A stretch of DNA of 64,000 nucleotides from Protoeuglena noctilucae. Lineage: Eukaryota. Below the pieces are notes generated by a model, which had not been told where the DNA came from, searched no databases, and saw only the letters and a list, made by a program, of their open reading frames with translations. How positions within the stretch are numbered: position 1 is the first letter of the stretch; each line of letters opens with the position of its first letter. The DNA lies in assembly GCA_958009085.1 (NCBI GenBank), contig OY253679.1, forward strand, positions 434,001 through 498,000. The letters are read 5' to 3'. Positions 1 through 14,804 of this stretch are shown here, in pieces. The position numbers and the translations under genes are program-made.

Positions 1-875
1 GGCCGACGAGCGCTCGGCGAAGTGGACGAAGGCGAAGTCGGCACGCGGGCCGTTGGGCAGGGAGACGCGCTCGATGGCGCCGAAGGGCGCGAGGAGGGCT
101 GTGAGGTCGGCCTCGGTCGTGCCGGCCGGCAGGCCCGACACGTGGACGGCGCGGACCGACTGTGCGGCGCGCTCGTAGGCGGCGGAGCGGGGCTCGGCCC
201 AGTCGGCGGCGAGGGTGCGGCCGCCGGAGGCCACGGCGCCGGAGGCGAGGAGCGAGAGAGCGTGGCGTGCGTGGTCGGGCTGGCGGAACAGGACGAAGCC
301 GCAGCCTCGGCTGCGCGCGCCGCCCGGCGCGAGGAGAACCTCAACATTCTCGATGCCATCGACACCGGCGGCCTCGAGCGCCGCACGGACGTCGGCGCTC
401 TGTGGTGGGGCGGCCAGCGGCTGTGAGCCCGGGGCTCGCGCGCGGGCCTCTGCGTTCGGGCAAGCGCCCGCCGCCTCTGCGACGCCTCGCCGCACCTGGA
501 AGGCGAAGGGCAGCGAGCGGACGAACAGCTTGCGGCCGCTCGACGACGCAGGCCCCGCGAAAGCGGGCAGGTCGCTCCCTACCGCGCCCACGCGGGCTTG
601 CGGCACCGCCTGCAGCGTCAGGTGACTCAGCAATGGAGATGTCTGAGAAGGAGCAGGGCCCGGGCCGCGGGCGAAGCGCGGTCATGGGCGCCCACCTCGA
701 GGCCGAACGAGAGGGCCGCGGCGGGCATGTTGACCTCCGTCAGAGTCATGTCGTTCGCCTCAAACACCACAGGCCGGGCGGCCGGGTGGAACGGCGCTGG
801 GCGCCACGAAACCACCGGCGTGCGATCCCCGGGCGCGGCGCTCGCAGACTCGGGGCCCGTGCGACGGGAGAAAGG
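1..875 (-). CDS. Multi-RRM RNA-binding protein (spliced; 3' end runs off the window; 5' start uncertain)
   Basis: Minus-strand exons give RNP2/RNP1 motifs of two RRMs: RKLFVRSLPFAFQ...SRGCGFVLF...LAADWAEP and VRAVHVSGLPAGTTEADLTALLAPFGAIERVSL...DFAFVHF. The layout resembles hnRNP Q/R. Confidence 0.75.
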
Positions 876-1201
876 TAACGCCTCACACCCGCAGCGGTTC
901 GGGTGCGAGGAGGGATGGGGTGGGGAAAGTCGCCCAGGACGACACACACAGACAAGGTGGATCGCAACACCGACGCCAACCTATGTGTGGGGGAAGGCGT
1001 GCAATCGACGTGGGCGGCGACCGGCCGGGGGCTTTGGTGCCCGTCGCGACACACTGATCTGACACAGTCAGACTGACACTCGGGGCGCGACGCATTGACA
1101 ATGCCATTGTTCGCTCGATTGGCCGTCGCGCATCGCTAGAACAACGCATACTGAGACTCGCGGTATCCTCACTGGGGAGGAGAACATCTGCTCTCGACAA
1201 T

Positions 1202-1982
1202 ATGGCCGAGAAGGTCGAGCTGGACCAGGAGGCCAAGCTCCTGGCCAAATATGGTGGTCTTAAGCCCAAGAAGAAGACCGGCCTGATGGCGCAGGTGCCC
1301 CCTCGGTTTCACTGCCAAACCTGCGGTCAACGCCCTGCGGGGCCTCGCTCGCCCCCCATCGCGCCATGCCCGGGCTTTGTTTTTGTTATGCTCCGCCTGA
1401 ATCGCGCCCTTCTCGGGTGTCGGGGGCCTTCTGTGATCTGCCGCGGGGGCGCGTACGTGAGCGACGATGCCTCGAGCGGCACCGCTACACGCCACCTCCT
1501 GGCCCCCTGCTTATGCCCACAGGATCACAAGTTTTTCGACAGCGCAGACTGGAGCATGCAGCAGCAGCAGCAGCAGCAGCAGCCGGCCATCAGGCACGGT
1601 GACAGGTAACTTGGGCTTGCGGAGCCTCTCACGCGAGGGCTTAGCCGTCTCTCGGGCCGACGTTCTGCGACGTGACCCTTGCAGGGCCGAGGAGGCCGAG
1701 GGCGCCACGCCGAACAGCTCCACGCGCCCGTCCTACGAGCTCACCCGGCAAGACGCCGACGACGACGTCCTCGGCCGCACCGAGGTGAGCTGCCGTTTGC
1801 GTGGCTGCACGGCCGTCTCCACGAAACGCCGCCTGTGCTGCACCACCACGCATTGACATCCCTCTCCTGTCCATCCCTCGCAGTCCCTGGAGGTGCGCTT
1901 GGCGGAGATGCAGCGGGCGCGCTCGCGCCGTGGTTCTCTCGAGATGCGCCACGGGGCGCCACGCCCGAAGCTGGCCCCCTGA
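1202..1982 (+). CDS. ENSA: Endosulfine/ARPP-19 family protein (PP2A-B55 inhibitor), 4 exons
   Basis: Exons 1202-1294, 1523-1605, 1685-1784 and 1884-1982 join in frame: MAEKVELDQEAKLLAKYGGLKPKK...DHKFFDSADWSM. KYGGL and FDSAD are the family signatures. Confidence 0.9.
1559..1582 (+). repeat. (CAG)8 coding microsatellite giving polyQ in endosulfine
   Basis: Read directly from the sequence. Confidence 0.9.
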
Positions 1983-2584
1983 AGTCGCAGAATCGCGGGA
2001 CACCAAACAGTGTCATTTGAGACGAGCCTTGGAGATGAGCTTCCCTTTCGTGAGCTTGCTTCTAGCGGTGCTCCACCAACGCATGCCTGTCTGTCGTGCT
2101 TGCTTTGCTTTCCGCGCACCCTTTTGCGCTGTGAGGGCCAGAGGTGGCAGCGCGCAGCGTCTGCCGGGCCACACTACGCTTCAGCATGTGAGCCGCCGAG
2201 TTGGGGCCGCGGCGCGGCGTGGCCGAGAGCTGGCCCGCCCTGCACCCGCTCCCCATGCATGCATCTCGACGTCATGCGACGGGCCCAGGCCTTTGCCCCT
2301 CCCTTAGCACCATCAGCGCCCTAGAACGCCTCGATTTCGCTAGCTGCCCCCACGCACGTGTAGGCGATGACCTCGGACCGCGTCGCCATGCCATCCCGGC
2401 CGCAGAGGTCGTTGCCTTGCATGCTTGCGTGTCATCTCGACTGACTTAGATTGCCCGGTGACCTGTCGCCCTGAATGTGCAACTCGCCTACGCGGCACTG
2501 GGAACCAACAGCTGCGCTTTGAGCTCCATGTCCGACCCCATAAGAGGCTCTGGCAGACCTACACCGCTCGTCACACGGGTGGCG

Positions 2585-4731
<2,147 letters not shown>

Positions 4732-5209
4732 CGCCTACGTACGTGAATCGATCGTCTCACAGCACTGTTCAGCGAGGGCGAGCACAGGGTTGGGCGGGGG
4801 AGTGGCGCCTGCTTTCCTATTCCACAACTCGAAGTGTCCGGGCAGTGTGAGCAGTTGGGGCTGAGACTGAAGCACATTTGTACGCAGCCACGTTGCGCAG
4901 GCGATGATCTGGGCCCGCAGGTTGCCAACACACTGGCGCCAGTGAAGCGGGCTGGATGATTGTCCAGCAAGCTGGCCCTTGACGCGCAACCCCTGACTTG
5001 CCTTTCGTTCCCTACCAACCAGCTGACTTGGTTCCATCGCGCTGTCTGCTGCGCTCCGGCAAGCAGTGTTTTTTACGGAACGCGCCCCAGCAATCGCACG
5101 CTTCGCTTTCGAGCACCGGTTGTGCCGTGCTTCGCCACATTCTTGCCGTTCTAGGGCAGCGCTACGCTTGTCTCGCCGCCAGCGATATCGGGCAGCGGCA
5201 AGGGGGAAC

Positions 5210-7970
5210 ATGTCGCTCGACCCGCATAACGTGCATCAGCTGTGGGGCCTTTCCCCATACATCGACCACGTCGACCTCTACAAGCGATGCGGAGGTCGTA
5301 TAGTTGCCGAAGAGCGACCGGGAGAAGCGGGGCCTTCGGTGCTCGTCCTGGAAGTGAGGGCAGCGTGGCGCACAGCATTTGGAACGCCACAGCCGCCCTC
5401 TCGCGCGAGACGGCGAGATGTCGCGCTGGCAAAGCTTACATGTCCTCCTGAACGTCCCACGGATGCCCGGCTTCCCTCTCCCTGCGCAGCTGGGCCCCGG
5501 GGACTGCCGCCACGCCGTCGCCACGCTCTCGCGCCTTGCGCGCCACGCGGACGTCCTCCCCCCGGGGTCTCAGCTGCACATCATGGTCCATGAGGACGCA
5601 CCCGAGGCCCTAGCTCGCTACGCGGTCCTGTTGGCGGCCCTGCTCGACACGTCCCTGCCTCCGAGGTACGCATGTAGCTGCAGTGCCCGCCTCACGACCC
5701 CCTTGCTGCGGATGCGAGTGATTTTTACGCGAGCGATCTTCGCAGGTCCCGTCTGGAGACTTTCCTGGAGCTCCACCACAACGCCCTGGTGCGGGACAAC
5801 GTGGCCGGCTACGTGGACGCCAATGCTCGCGAGATCGAGGCCATCGTGACGGACGCGGCGGCAGGGTTCGATCCCCACGGTGCGCGTGTGCTTATAGTGC
5901 CAGTACGTTTAGTGCTATGAGCACTGTGTTCCACCCACCGTGCCCTGTGTCGCACACCCACCCAACCCACAGCCACCCCCAAGCCCTGGCGTTCCTCGCT
6001 GCAGCGGGCGGCCTCCGCTCTCTTCTGGACTTCTCGCTGATGAGACACCAGGACAGGGACGCCGTGGTGGACGCCCTGTGCAACTGCCGGCTGAGGCAGC
6101 AGTACGACATGGCACTGGCATGGGACACGAGGGTCAGGTGCGCATTTCGCTTCCCTTAGAATGGGTGTTCTAAGAAAGGGCGCAGTCGCCAGAACCAAGC
6201 ATAGAGCTTGGTCACGAGCTCCCCCTCTCTATGCGACCGCTTCCACCCATCTCTGGAATTACTGCCACACCCCACGCTCTGTGGTCACGGCTCCTGATTT
6301 CTGTGTTCGTTCCCGTTGCCTCTCAGGAAGCTGACGGGCGACCGGTTTGACCACCGCGCCAACATGGCTGACTGGGACTACCACATGCGCCTGGTGCCGA
6401 TGGGGGTGCCCGGGGAGGAGGCCAAGAAGGGCACCGTGGTCAGTTTCCGGCAGTACCGCTCCTGGCGCCTCACGGGCGTGGCCTACGAGCTGAGGGACGC
6501 CAAGTACACCGCGCCCAACCGCACGCTGGTAAGTGATTGCTCATAGCAATGTCCATACAGTGCAGCGCATATCACCAGGGCCCTACCGGGGCAAGGGACG
6601 GTGCAGAACAGACGCCCTGGTTGTCTTTGTCTGTGACTCTGCAGATATCGACGGCGACGGGACGCACGATGGAGTTTAAGGGTCGGGACGGGAGCGACAA
6701 GGGGCGCAGCGTGACCGCCAAGGGGTACTGGGGCGACATCGTCAATTCCCCGTACCTCTGCTTTGGGGTCACGTGCGACGACCGCAGGTGACGCGCGTGT
6801 CAAGTGATGGAGGCTCCAATTGTGAGGTGTTTACGTAGTACAGGAAACGTCCACGCATTGTAAGCAAAGAGCCTCACCACGTCAGCATCTCTCATGCGGT
6901 GGGCTGTACGACAGCGTGTAACGCCGCGCATCATCCATGGCGACAAGTGAGTCGAGTCCTGACATGTACCTTCTTCGCTCGTACCTCAGGTTCTTCGAGC
7001 AGTCGAACGGGGTGTACATGAGCACGGCAGTGGACGTGGCTGAGTACAACGTGCGCGCTGCGCTGCACGAGTTGCGCGAGGGGGGAACGTATGCAAGCAG
7101 GGATGTGGAGATGGCTCCCAAGGTGCAAGGGGTGACGACGGTGGAGGACTTGGCGGGGGCGGCGGAGAAGAGGGGCGGTGGCGGGGGAGGGAGTGGGAGT
7201 GGCGGTGGTGGGGAGGGGGAGAGTGGCACGGAAAGGGATGAGGGGACCAGCGGGGTGGGGACGGGTGCGAGCGGGGAGGGGCGGGGGGAGGTGGAGGGCG
7301 TGGAAGACGCGCTCGCGGCATGTGGGGTGGACGGGGTGGGCAGGGTCGGCGGCGATTCTGGGGGCGCGGACGGCGACCATGCCGGCGGGGAGGGCAAAGC
7401 AGGGGCGGAGGAGGCGGCGAGGGAGACGGCGCTGGACGCGGCCATGTGGGCCCGGCTGTCTCGCGTGCGCGTGTCGTTTCTGACAGGGGACCTCGGCCGG
7501 GCGCTGGCGAGGCCAGACGTGGCGGGTCGGGCGAGCGTGGTGACGGTGGGGAGGAATGACCTCCACGCTCTCAAGGGCAAGGGCATCGCGAGGGTCCTCG
7601 GGGACTCCGGCGTGGTCGCTGTCGAGTCGGCGAAGGTGAGCGGTTCGTGGTCATCCATGGGGTGGCAAGCTGGTGTATGGGCGTGCGCTGGGCAGCAGTG
7701 GTCGCCTGTGACCGACTCACCGCTGTCCTCCGTGGCCCATGCATGCCTATATGCACGTGCTTGCTCACTGCAACTGAGACAGACTGCCTGTCTCGCACAA
7801 TCACGCCTTGCATGCGCCTACAGTACATGCTGGAGGTCACGCGTGAGCAAGCGGACGCGTACGCGGCCAACTTGGTGCAGCTGGCGGACGGGGAGGGCCT
7901 GGAGGCCATTCCCGGAGACGTGGCTACCCAGGATGGGCAGGTCCTGCTACGGCGCAAGGGCGGGGCATAG
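5210..7970 (+). CDS. DNAAF3: Axonemal dynein assembly factor 3 (PF22/DNAAF3), multi-exon
   Basis: N-terminal WGLSP, then LGPGDCRH, DWDYHMRL, YRSWRLTGVAYE, PNRTL and GYWGDIVNSPYLCFG. Contains a Gly/Glu-rich insert at about 7150-7430. Confidence 0.9.
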
Positions 7971-8096
7971 CGACCGACCTGGTTGGGTCGGGGAAGGCAC
8001 ACCGTGCCATGTGCTTTGACAGTACACGCTCACTCTCTGCGCACTCTTCGCTCTTCAATCATGGCAACAAACAAGGCACCGACACGCTGCGCCGTC

Positions 8097-9771
8097 TCAG
8101 TTATTGACCTCCTTGGAGAGGACCGTGTTGTAGGCGTAGGCCGCCACGCCCCCGAAGATGGCCAGCCAGAAGACGCCCAGGCCGATGTACTGCTCGTAGA
8201 AGATGAGGACGGCCGTGCCGGCCACCGAGAGCACCGCCACGCCCAGCAACGCCACCAGCGCTGCGGATGCGGTGCGATGAGTCATGACACGCGCGGAGAT
8301 GTGCATGCTCGCAGTCACATCAAAGGGCGCCAAGACGGCACACAAGAAGCGCGTCTTTGCGCCCACCAAGCCCTCCCAGCACTTGTGTACCACAGCAGTG
8401 CACCGCAGCGTGTCCCACTCACCCGTGGCGGCGTTGGCAGTCGTGCTACCCCCCTTGGCGTTGAGGTCCTCGTTGAAGGGGTCCTCCGGGTTCGTACCCT
8501 CGACGTACACCTTCGGCTCCGAGAAGAACACGTTGTTGTTCTCGAGGGATGAGTCGGCACCGCCACGCGACCACGGGCGCGCCGACACGGCCGACGCCTC
8601 GACCAGCAGAGCGTCCTGGGTGACCTTCACGGGGAAGATCCTGGGAACAAACAGGAACGCAGATGCAGGTTGTGTGCGAGGTAGCACGTGGGTTGCGAAC
8701 GGGAGGTGGCCAGGGCGTGAGAGGGCGTGAGAGACGGTTGCGTGCGTCGAGCAGTGCCTTGCCTGAGGTTGGCGATGGTGTCCCGGGGTGTGATGGCCCG
8801 CAGCACGTTGTTGTTGGGGAAGAGCTCCAGGGGCTCGCCGGTCTTGAGGGAGAAGACCGACCCGGTCGTGGGGCACACGATGCCGTACTCCTGGGTGAAC
8901 CGCGCCTTGCGGAAACCCTCCGAGTAGAACCCCTGCGAAGGCGCGGAACGACCGTGAGCGCCAATGCCCCTGCTATATGCTGCTGCAGCTTCGCTAAGAG
9001 GCAACGGCGTGCAGCTCACCTCTGCAGGGGACCGCGACTCGATGCAAAAGATCTCGTTGCGGTACCAGAAGAGGAGGCAGCTCTCCCCGTTGACGAGCAC
9101 CTCCCGCCTCTCCCCCTTGGGCAGGTCCTCTGGCCGGCACACGGGCACCCACACACCCTTGTCGGACGTGGACGTCGAGGGCGCGTCGGAGGACTCGCCT
9201 GCGCACACACGAACAGCGCATGCAGTTTGTCTGTCGCAAGAGGATTGCACATCTGGATGGCGCGGGGCAAAGGCGGGTGTGTCGGCGACAGGAAATGGAG
9301 AGCGCTGCTGGCCATGAGGGGGTCCGTGCCGCCGCCTGCGCGCAAGACCCGCCTGGCCGACCAGGCAGGCGTCCTAAACGACCATACTCGATACAGTGAC
9401 GGGGAGCAAACCGCCGCCGGCTCGAGGGCCTCCCTCAAACACCAGATATTTCTCCCATGCCCCAAAAAAAGGTCGACGCTGCCCCCTGGAGCCCCTGTGC
9501 TGCTTCCCGGAAAGCCCACATGCATCTTTGTGACAAATATGTCACTCCGTGGACCCGATTGTCCCCAGCTAGCGCTTGCGGGCGCCCTCAAACCTGAGCC
9601 AAGCTCGGCCCTACCTGCGACGGCCGTCTCATTCTCGGCCCGAGCCCGCACGCTACGACGCGTGGGAGATGTTAGCCGCGCCACGGCGCGCCGGGAAGCC
9701 GCTGCGGGCGCCCGGGACGCCGCGCTCGGCGCATGGACCCGGGCTGCTGGAGTGCACAGGGATGCGCTCAT
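8097..9771 (-). CDS. PSB33: Thylakoid Rieske-like protein PSB33/TEF5 with transit peptide and C-terminal TM helices
   Basis: Ala/Arg/Ser-rich N-terminus from the ATG at 9771. Core [16 protein letters not shown]...[25 protein letters not shown]...[13 protein letters not shown] is a Rieske fold lacking the CxH ligands. C-terminus is hydrophobic. Confidence 0.88.
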
Positions 9772-10037
9772 GGCAGGGGATGGTCGCACGTCTCGCAAGT
9801 AAGGTAACGGTAGATATGCGGCATACGCTGGGGAACGCGCTGGGGAGTTGGCGGCGAGCCAGTCCCTGGTGCCAGGAGCGGGCGTTCATGGGCTTTCCGT
9901 GCTGGCGAGGCTCGGAAGCGCCCAATCTAAGCAGCGGGTCGTTCTGGGATCTCTGGCGCTGCACGACACGACGCGTAGCGGAGCGGAGGAGCAGGACACA
10001 GGGCGTGGGCGCCCACGGCGGGCGAGGGCGGGCGACG

Positions 10038-11821
10038 ATGGGGGTGCCGGATCTCGATGTGTGGATCGAGAAGCTGAGGAAATGCGAGTACCTGCCGGAG
10101 AACGATCTGAAGGCGCTCTGCGAGTACGTGAAGGACATCCTGGTCGAAGAGTCGAACGTTCAGGTGGGCTTCCCCGCTGCCGCTCGGGCCTCCCCGCGGC
10201 GCAAGGAGAATCTTCTCGTGACTATGTATATAACGATGTTTCCGCGGTGGTCCCATCGTGGCGCCCGACGCCTCCTGCGGCCCTGGCGAAGGGCCGGCGC
10301 TGCCCATCACGTCGTGCTGGGCCAGGCCTGAGCGTTTGCGGATCGCAAGAGCTGACGGGGGGCTTGCGGTGCACTTCGGATGTCGACACGGGACCGCGAG
10401 CATCGCGTGGCATCGCCGCGGCCTCCGCATCCGCCGCGGCGCCTTGGTCACGGTGACCCCCGCGTTGTGGTCGCAGCCGGTCCAGAGCCCCGTCACGGTG
10501 TGCGGCGACATCCACGGGCAGTATCATGACATGTTGAAGGTGCGCGCCGCGGCGTCGATGCGCCCACTCGCCCGCCGCCGCGCCCGTCCCGTGGGCAGGT
10601 AGTCACGTGCCCTGTTTTGGCCCGCGCAGCTCTTTGACGAGGGCGGGCAGGTCCCGTCGACGTCGTACATCTTCATGGGGGACTTTGTGGACCGCGGCTA
10701 CAACAGCCTCGAGGTCTTCACGATGCTGATGCTCCTCAAGGCCCGGTGGCCGGCGCACATTACGCTGCTCCGCGGGAACCACGAGTCGCGCCAGATCACG
10801 CAAGTCTACGGCTTCTACGACGAATGTCAGCGCAAGTACGGCAACGCGAACGCCTGGAGGTACTGCGCCGAGGTGTTTGACTACCTCACGGTGTCGGCCC
10901 TCATTGACGGCCGCGCCTTTTGCGTCCACGGGGGCCTGTCCCCGGACGTACGCACCCTCGACCAGGTGAGGATAGTGACAGAGGCTGCCCGGGTGATGCT
11001 TTGCCGGGCACTTGCACGCTCTTTGTGCGCGCGCTGGGTCGCTGGCCCGACACCCGCCCACCACCTGCCTTGGCTCGTGACCTATGCCCTCTTGCTGTGC
11101 GCTCTTCCACCCGCCACATCTCTACCCCGCGCCCCCATGCCCCCAGGTGTGCACCATCGAGCGCGTGCGGGAGGTGCCCCACGAGGGTCCCTTCTGCGAC
11201 ATGGTGTGGTCGGACCCTGAGGAGATTGAGACGTGGGCCATCTCGCCCCGGGGCGCGGGGTGGCTGTTCGGGCACCAGGTGGTCGAGGAGTTTAACCGCC
11301 TCAACGGGCTGCAGGTGTGGGCCGCCATGAGGAGCGCGCTTGACTCCAGACCGAACACACGGTTGGCTGCTACACTACACTTGATGTCTCCTGGTGCTGA
11401 TGCGAGGCTCGTTGGCATACCGCTCGCAGATCATTTGCCGGGCGCACCAGCTCGTGCAGGAGGGGCACAAGTACATGTTTGAGGACGCCCTCGTGACGGT
11501 GTGGAGCGCCCCCAACTACTGCTACCGATGCGGCAACGTGGCGGCCATCCTCGCCTTTGACGACGACCTGCAGGCCAAGCCCAAGGTGAGCGACACGGGC
11601 TCGGTCGGCAGGCTCGCTGGTGTTGCATCACGGACGTCTTTCACCAGCCCGCGTGTGCCTGTCATGGGCCCTGCCAAGGCCAGCTGGTGCGTGGAAGGTA
11701 CGTGTTGGGTCGATCCCCGCGAATGCAGCGACCTTCCTCGCCCTGACCGCAGCTGTTCCACGAGACGAAGGAAAATTCGATGATGCAGGCGCCCCCTCGG
11801 GCAATACCCTACTTCCTCTGA
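10038..11821 (+). CDS. PPP6C: Ser/Thr protein phosphatase 6 catalytic subunit (FyPP/Sit4-like), 7 exons
   Basis: Motifs [50 protein letters not shown] and [12 protein letters not shown]-terminus IPYFL*. Confidence 0.93.
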
Positions 11822-12277
11822 GAGCGAGCGCCAGCGCCTGTGGGGCAGACCCTCAGCATTCGATGCCCTCGTCCATGGCGCTCTCTCACCCTGCTGAGCC
11901 TGTCCGCCGGCCTGCGTGACTCCTGAGCACGGCACGCCCACCGGCGCTTGGCCCGTGGAGGGCTGCCGGCTGCCGACTGTGCCTCGTCTCCATCTCAAAG
12001 CTCCTGCCCCTACACTGCGCCCAGGGTGCTTTGCCCTGGACGCACACTCTGTTCCTGTTTGTAGCCGTCAGCTTGCACCTATGCGGACCCCACCCACGCC
12101 CCGGGCGATTGCTTGAAACGGAAGAGACGCCGAGCGACAGGCAAAGGGCTTAGAGAGCAACCGATGCACAGTGCGAATGGGTCTCTGCGGCCTTCGCTGC
12201 TCGCTGCGTTGCCCTCAAATGCAGGACCGACCCTCGAAAGTCGGTGAGCGCGAGGTGGCCAACGTGACGCGAGGAAC

Positions 12278-14041
12278 TCAGATGAAAGTTCGACGCCCTG
12301 TCTGGTGCGCCTTGTCGCACAGGGGCACGTAGATGACCCCCATGGCCTTCTTCTGCAATCGCAAAGCAAAGGGCGGTTGCTTGAGGCCGGGTGCCTGCTA
12401 CACGCAACTCTGCATCCCCCATACACAACCAGCAAGCCCCCGTTCTCCCCCCATGCGCCGTCACCGTCGTAATCGCCCCCGTCTCGCTCTTGTCGACGAC
12501 CATGAGCGTCTGGGGTCCTCCCTCAGGGCCCACCGGCACGACCATGCGCCCAGGTTTGGCCAGACACCGCGTCAGGTTATCAGGGATGCTCTCCGCGGCA
12601 GCGCCAACGTGGATGGCGTGATAAGGACCATCGCCGATGCTGTCCGCTCTCCCGTCACCCTCCTCCAGGACGAGCCGCCCCGTGCGCCACATGTGCGCTG
12701 CGAGGGCGAAATCCAAACGGGCTGGGACGTGTTTATCCAAGAATAGCACCGACAGACTCGTCCATAGCGTTGCAGGCGAGCATAAGTGTTCCCTGGGCAG
12801 CCCCAGAGCACGGCATCCCGTCGTTGCGTCCACCGTCAGCCTCGCCGCATCGCACCAACTTCCGAGCTTGGGTTTCGCGCCAACCATTGGTCCATGCTCT
12901 GGTGCGATTGCCGCACAAGCTCAGGAATGTGCTCGATGCCCCTTGCGTACCCCTGCAGCGCAAGAGTCGGCGTGGATGCACGGTCTGATGTGCGCCGGGA
13001 GGTGCGGGTGCAGGACAGCCATCAGCACCCTCCCGACTCGGACCTCGATGCCGACGAGGTGCGCCATGACGCAGGTGAGGAAGCCGCTCCCTGCCCCAAT
13101 GTCTAGCGCGCGGTTCCCGGGCTTGAGATGGTCGCGCAGGAGCTCGATGCAGTGCGCGTGCATGTGCGGCGCGCTGATGGTCGCCCCATGTCCTGCAGCG
13201 AACAGGCGAAATGAATGTGCCCACGGCTGTGCGATGTACTGCGTATCGGAGCCGCTGGGAGCGCGGGGGCCGATAGCTTTGCTCACCGATCGGCTGAGGG
13301 CTGTCCTGAGAGGGATCGCCGAAGCCCGCCGGGACGAACAGGCCTCGGTCAATCTGTAAGAACGCTTCCTTCACTGCGAGCATGACGGCAGAAAAGCAAT
13401 CGGCTGCCCCAGCTCTCCGCGGTACGGGCCTGACCTAGTTGCGCCTGGTTGAGGCCGTTGGCGCCCCGCCAATCGTCGCTCATCACCTCGCTCGCTCTCG
13501 ATGAGACCATTGTGAGCCAGATGTTCCACCAGCGTATCGTTGCTGCGGAAGGAGCTCGGAACTGTCGTCAAGACGGGGTGGATGCGGAACGAGGGACCTT
13601 CCCACGCCTGTCGCGCCGCCCCGAAAGCGATCCCGCCAATCCCATCGCCAGGACATTGCAAAAGCGATAAATGACTCCATCGATACTTCAAAAAGCCCCG
13701 GCGTCTCACCTGGAACCGTGGGAGCGCCACGCCATCCCGCTGGGAATTAGTTTCTCGAGAAAGCCTGTGTATCCCACGGTGCGTCTCGCAGTGATCATCA
13801 ACGCAGCGACTGCCAAGCCCGAGAGAGCCAGCTGCTGCAGGAGGCGCCGCCGCACGTTCCCCGTCGCCCCAGTCGAAGCCAAAGCCGAGCAGGCCGGTCG
13901 CTGGGGTGGAGTCCCCCCACGCTGCTCTGGTCGCTTGCAAGCCTGAGGTCTGGCAGGCACCCCCACTGCCCTGCCACAGAAGGCCTGGCGGTGCGCCCAC
14001 GCGTGTGCCCTAGTACACCGCTGCTGCACAGCTGTCTGCAT
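12278..14041 (-). CDS. PIMT: Protein-L-isoaspartate O-methyltransferase; conserved start MAWRSHG at 13735, possible upstream start at 14041
   Basis: MAWRSHGS-SNDTLVEHL, ATISAPHMHA, ALDIGAGSGFL, GIEHIPEL, GDGR, GPYHAIHVGAAA, LAKPGRMVVPVG, GVIYVPLCD; stop at 12278. Confidence 0.92.
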
Positions 14042-14448
14042 ACGGGGGCGAGGTTTGTGGACTGCGATGGAGAACTTGACTGACAGTACGTGTGGCGACA
14101 AACAGTGTGCTGCATCAAGACGAAACGCTGGCTCAGGCGCCTTGGTTTACTGGCGCCTGGCACGCCTGGAAAGCCTGGGCTCGCCCGTCGCTCCCGCACT
14201 CTCCCCTCGTGCCAGCCGCGACATTTCATTCCAGTCTTCACACAGGCACGATGAACAGCCCCTCCGAAGGTGAGCTGTCGCCGCGGCATTCAAACTTTCC
14301 TGTCGCGCCAGGTGCGCCGTTCTTGGCGTCCCCGCGCGTCCTGCCCCTCGCGCGCTGGCTCCGGACGGATGTTATTCACTTGAACAAGCGTCGCGAGGGG
14401 TCGTCGCAGCCTCTCACAGCCCTCCCGCGCGCGCACCCTGGCCTGAAA

Positions 14449-14456
14449 TTTCGCCG
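14449..14456 (+). promoter_or_regulatory. Candidate E2F-binding element (TTTCGCCG) upstream of RNR2
   Basis: Matches WTTSSCSS about 350 bp upstream of the RNR2 ATG. RNR genes are classic E2F targets, but the motif is short and could be chance. Confidence 0.3.
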
Positions 14457-14804
14457 GCTGGCCCGTGCGCCCTCGGCCCCTGTCCCGGCCGCTCGTCGCT
14501 TCCCCATCGTTTGACTGCAATTATTAATGACCTGGCGCCGGATGGCCGCAAATTCGCTCCCGCGCTGGGCTGGGGGAGTGGTTTGAGTGGCTACGCTCGC
14601 CGGGGTCCTCCGCGACGCACGCTCCCTCGCTGCAGTGAACCTTTGCATCTCGTTCTGTCTAGTTTCAAAGGCGTTGCTCGCGGGTGCCCCGGCTGGTGGG
14701 GGGCTCGGCCCTGAGGCGCGCGCTGCTTGGGCCGAGTCCCGCCCGCCCGAGCTCTGGCGCTTCGTTTGGCTGTAACACTCGCGGTTCGGCGTGTCGCAGG
14801 CACC

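Noticed and set aside
7150..7430. G-rich purine tract as a mobile element or repeat
   Set aside because: It is an in-frame Gly/Glu low-complexity insertion in DNAAF3, with no terminal repeats or target-site duplication.
8760..9200. Rieske domain lacking Fe-S ligands as a novelty or pseudogene
   Set aside because: Loss of the ligands is a known feature of PSB33/TEF5.
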